The notes under the pieces: generated by a model
What the model saw: the letters and a program-made list of their open reading frames with translations, nothing else
Told to the model about the DNA's origin: nothing
Databases searched by the model: none
Translations under genes and position numbers: made by a program
Shown: positions 62,455 through 64,000 of the stretch, one piece after another
How the letters are laid out: the number at the start of each line of letters is the position of its first letter
How positions within the stretch are numbered: position 1 is the stretch's first letter
From: Octopus sinensis
Lineage: Eukaryota
Assembly: GCF_006345805.1 (NCBI RefSeq)
Contig: NW_021834785.1
Span: 20,995 to 84,994 of the forward strand
DNA: 64,000 nucleotides
Direction: 5' to 3'

Positions 62455-62905
62455 ACAAGCTGGTGGAATAGTTAAAATTACGGACAAAATGCTTAGCGGT
62501 ATTTCTTCCGGCTCTTTATGTTCTAGGTCCAAATTAATTCCACCAACTACAACTTTGACTGTCATCCTTTTCGAGGTCGATAAAATAAGAACCAATCACA
62601 CAGTGTGATCGATATAATAGATTTCCCATTCCGCTTAAAATTTCAGACCTCGTGCCGATATCAGAAAGAATTATTACAGGTATTATTAAGGCGTAGGGCT
62701 GGCAGAATCGCTAGAGTGACGGACAGGATGCTTAGAGGCATTTCTGCTCGCTCTTTACGTTCTAAGTTCAAATCCTGCTGAGGTCAACTATGCTTTCATC
62801 CTTCTGGAGTTAATGAAATGGAGTACCAGTCATGTACTGAGGTCAAAGTAATCGACTAGCAGCGACTCTTTATTGGATTTTCTGAATTTATGCCGAAATT
62901 TAAAT
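62455..62905 (+). mobile_element. Two diverged SINE-A copies in tandem
   Basis: AAATGCTTAGCGGTATTTC and CATCCTTTTCGAGGTCGATAAAATAAG; second copy from ~62690. Confidence 0.8.
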
Positions 62906-62984
62906 GGTTCATTATATTTATTGTTGTTGTACTTAGTATTGCTGTTGTTGTGTCACATGATTTTGTAGTTCCAATTTTTTGTCT

Positions 62985-63200
62985 TATTTTTCTATTCTAG
63001 GCACAAGACCCGAAATTTTGGGGAAGGGGGCCAGTCGATTAGATCGACCGCAGTACGCAACTGGTACTTAATTTACCGACGCCTAAAAGAATGAAAGGCA
63101 AAGCCGACCTAGGCGGAATTTGAACCCAGAACGTAAAGACAGACGAAATACTGCTAAGCATTTCGCCGGGCGTGCTAACGTTTCTGCCAGCGCGCCGCCC
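62985..63200 (-). mobile_element. SINE-A, full length, tail 2
   Basis: Head GGGCGGCGCGCTGGCAGAAACGTTAGC (reverse complement), tail TTTCGGGTCTTGTGCCTAGAATAGAAAA. Confidence 0.92.
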
Positions 63201-63327
63201 TTTTCCAGTTCTAATTTTTGTCAATGCTGTTGTCATTCCTGTTGCTGTCAATGATGATGATGTCATTTCGTTTTTCTCGTGGTAACGATGCATTTATGCT
63301 TATGGTATACACACACATACATACTTG

Positions 63328-63380
<53 letters not shown>

Positions 63381-64000
63381 TAATAAATAGAACATATGCA
63401 TATATATAACATATATGTACGTACCTACCTCTACATGTACATATACACGCATATATGTGTACAGGACACCAAAAAGACGTCGAACACATAGAGAGACGAA
63501 AAATAGACACAAACAAGGAACAAGACAAGCAAAAAAGGAGATACAGGACAATAAGCAAACGAAAAATCCCCTTCTTCAGTCGCCTAAGGTTCCATCTACT
63601 AAACGTTTCGAAGGATAAAAGCGAGACGTATACTTCGAAGAAAACTTCCTTCCTGCGAAAAGCAAATCAATTAAAATTCTGAGATCTTTTCGCAGAGGGG
63701 TAAAAAAAGCAAGACGGTAACGACAGTACAAACATATAAACAGTAAAAAATATATATATAAACCAGTGGAAAATAAATATATAACAGTGAGAGACAGACA
63801 AGGAGAACAAGATAAGAAGGGCTGTTAACGCCAGACGAAAAAAGTATTGCAAACGCTGGATTATAGTGGACGACGAGAGAGAAAGAAAGTCGACCAGTAG
63901 CCTTAGAAGGCGGGTGAGAAAAGACAGGATAGCAGTTACGACGGATGTATCGTCGCAGAGATCTATATATATATATATATATATATAGTGATACGTATGT

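Noticed and set aside
63560-63650. Minus-strand TTCGAAACGTT and CTGAAGAAGGGG as a permuted (type II) hammerhead
   Set aside because: Stem I does not pair and stem II pairing would consume the core; possibly a decayed pLTR relative but not supportable.

Overview
Eukaryotic, very AT-rich and microsatellite-dense DNA. The repeat families look like those I associate with octopus (coleoid cephalopod); that assignment is from memory, not a search. No host gene could be named, and there are no rRNA, true tRNA or CRISPR features. Almost all ORFs in the supplied track are microsatellite artefacts. The window contains: (i) four tRNA-derived SINE families (called A-D here) that swap tails and form concatemers; (ii) decayed LINE pieces (CR1/L2-like, R4/Dong-like, RTE-like) and Penelope-like RT and terminal-repeat pieces; (iii) non-autonomous Helitron/HINE-like elements, a mariner remnant and a probable MITE; (iv) several minisatellites; (v) a few weak exon and promoter candidates. 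The main unexplained signal is a set of hammerhead ribozyme (HHR) motifs. Two have complete canonical type I cores. The first (12483-12527) caps a ~150-nt rod inside a 312-bp non-coding insertion flanked by an imperfect 11-bp direct repeat. The second (53976-54078) has a greatly extended stem II. At least six further variant or degenerate motifs occur in several sequence families, one of which forms a ~205-bp palindrome folded at its ribozyme. Together these suggest a Penelope-terminal-repeat or retrozyme-like non-autonomous ribozyme retroelement system. A second notable signal is repeated insertion of an R4/Dong 3' end and a non-coding partner element into (TAA)n tracts. All structures and alignments were read by eye, and many boundaries are approximate.
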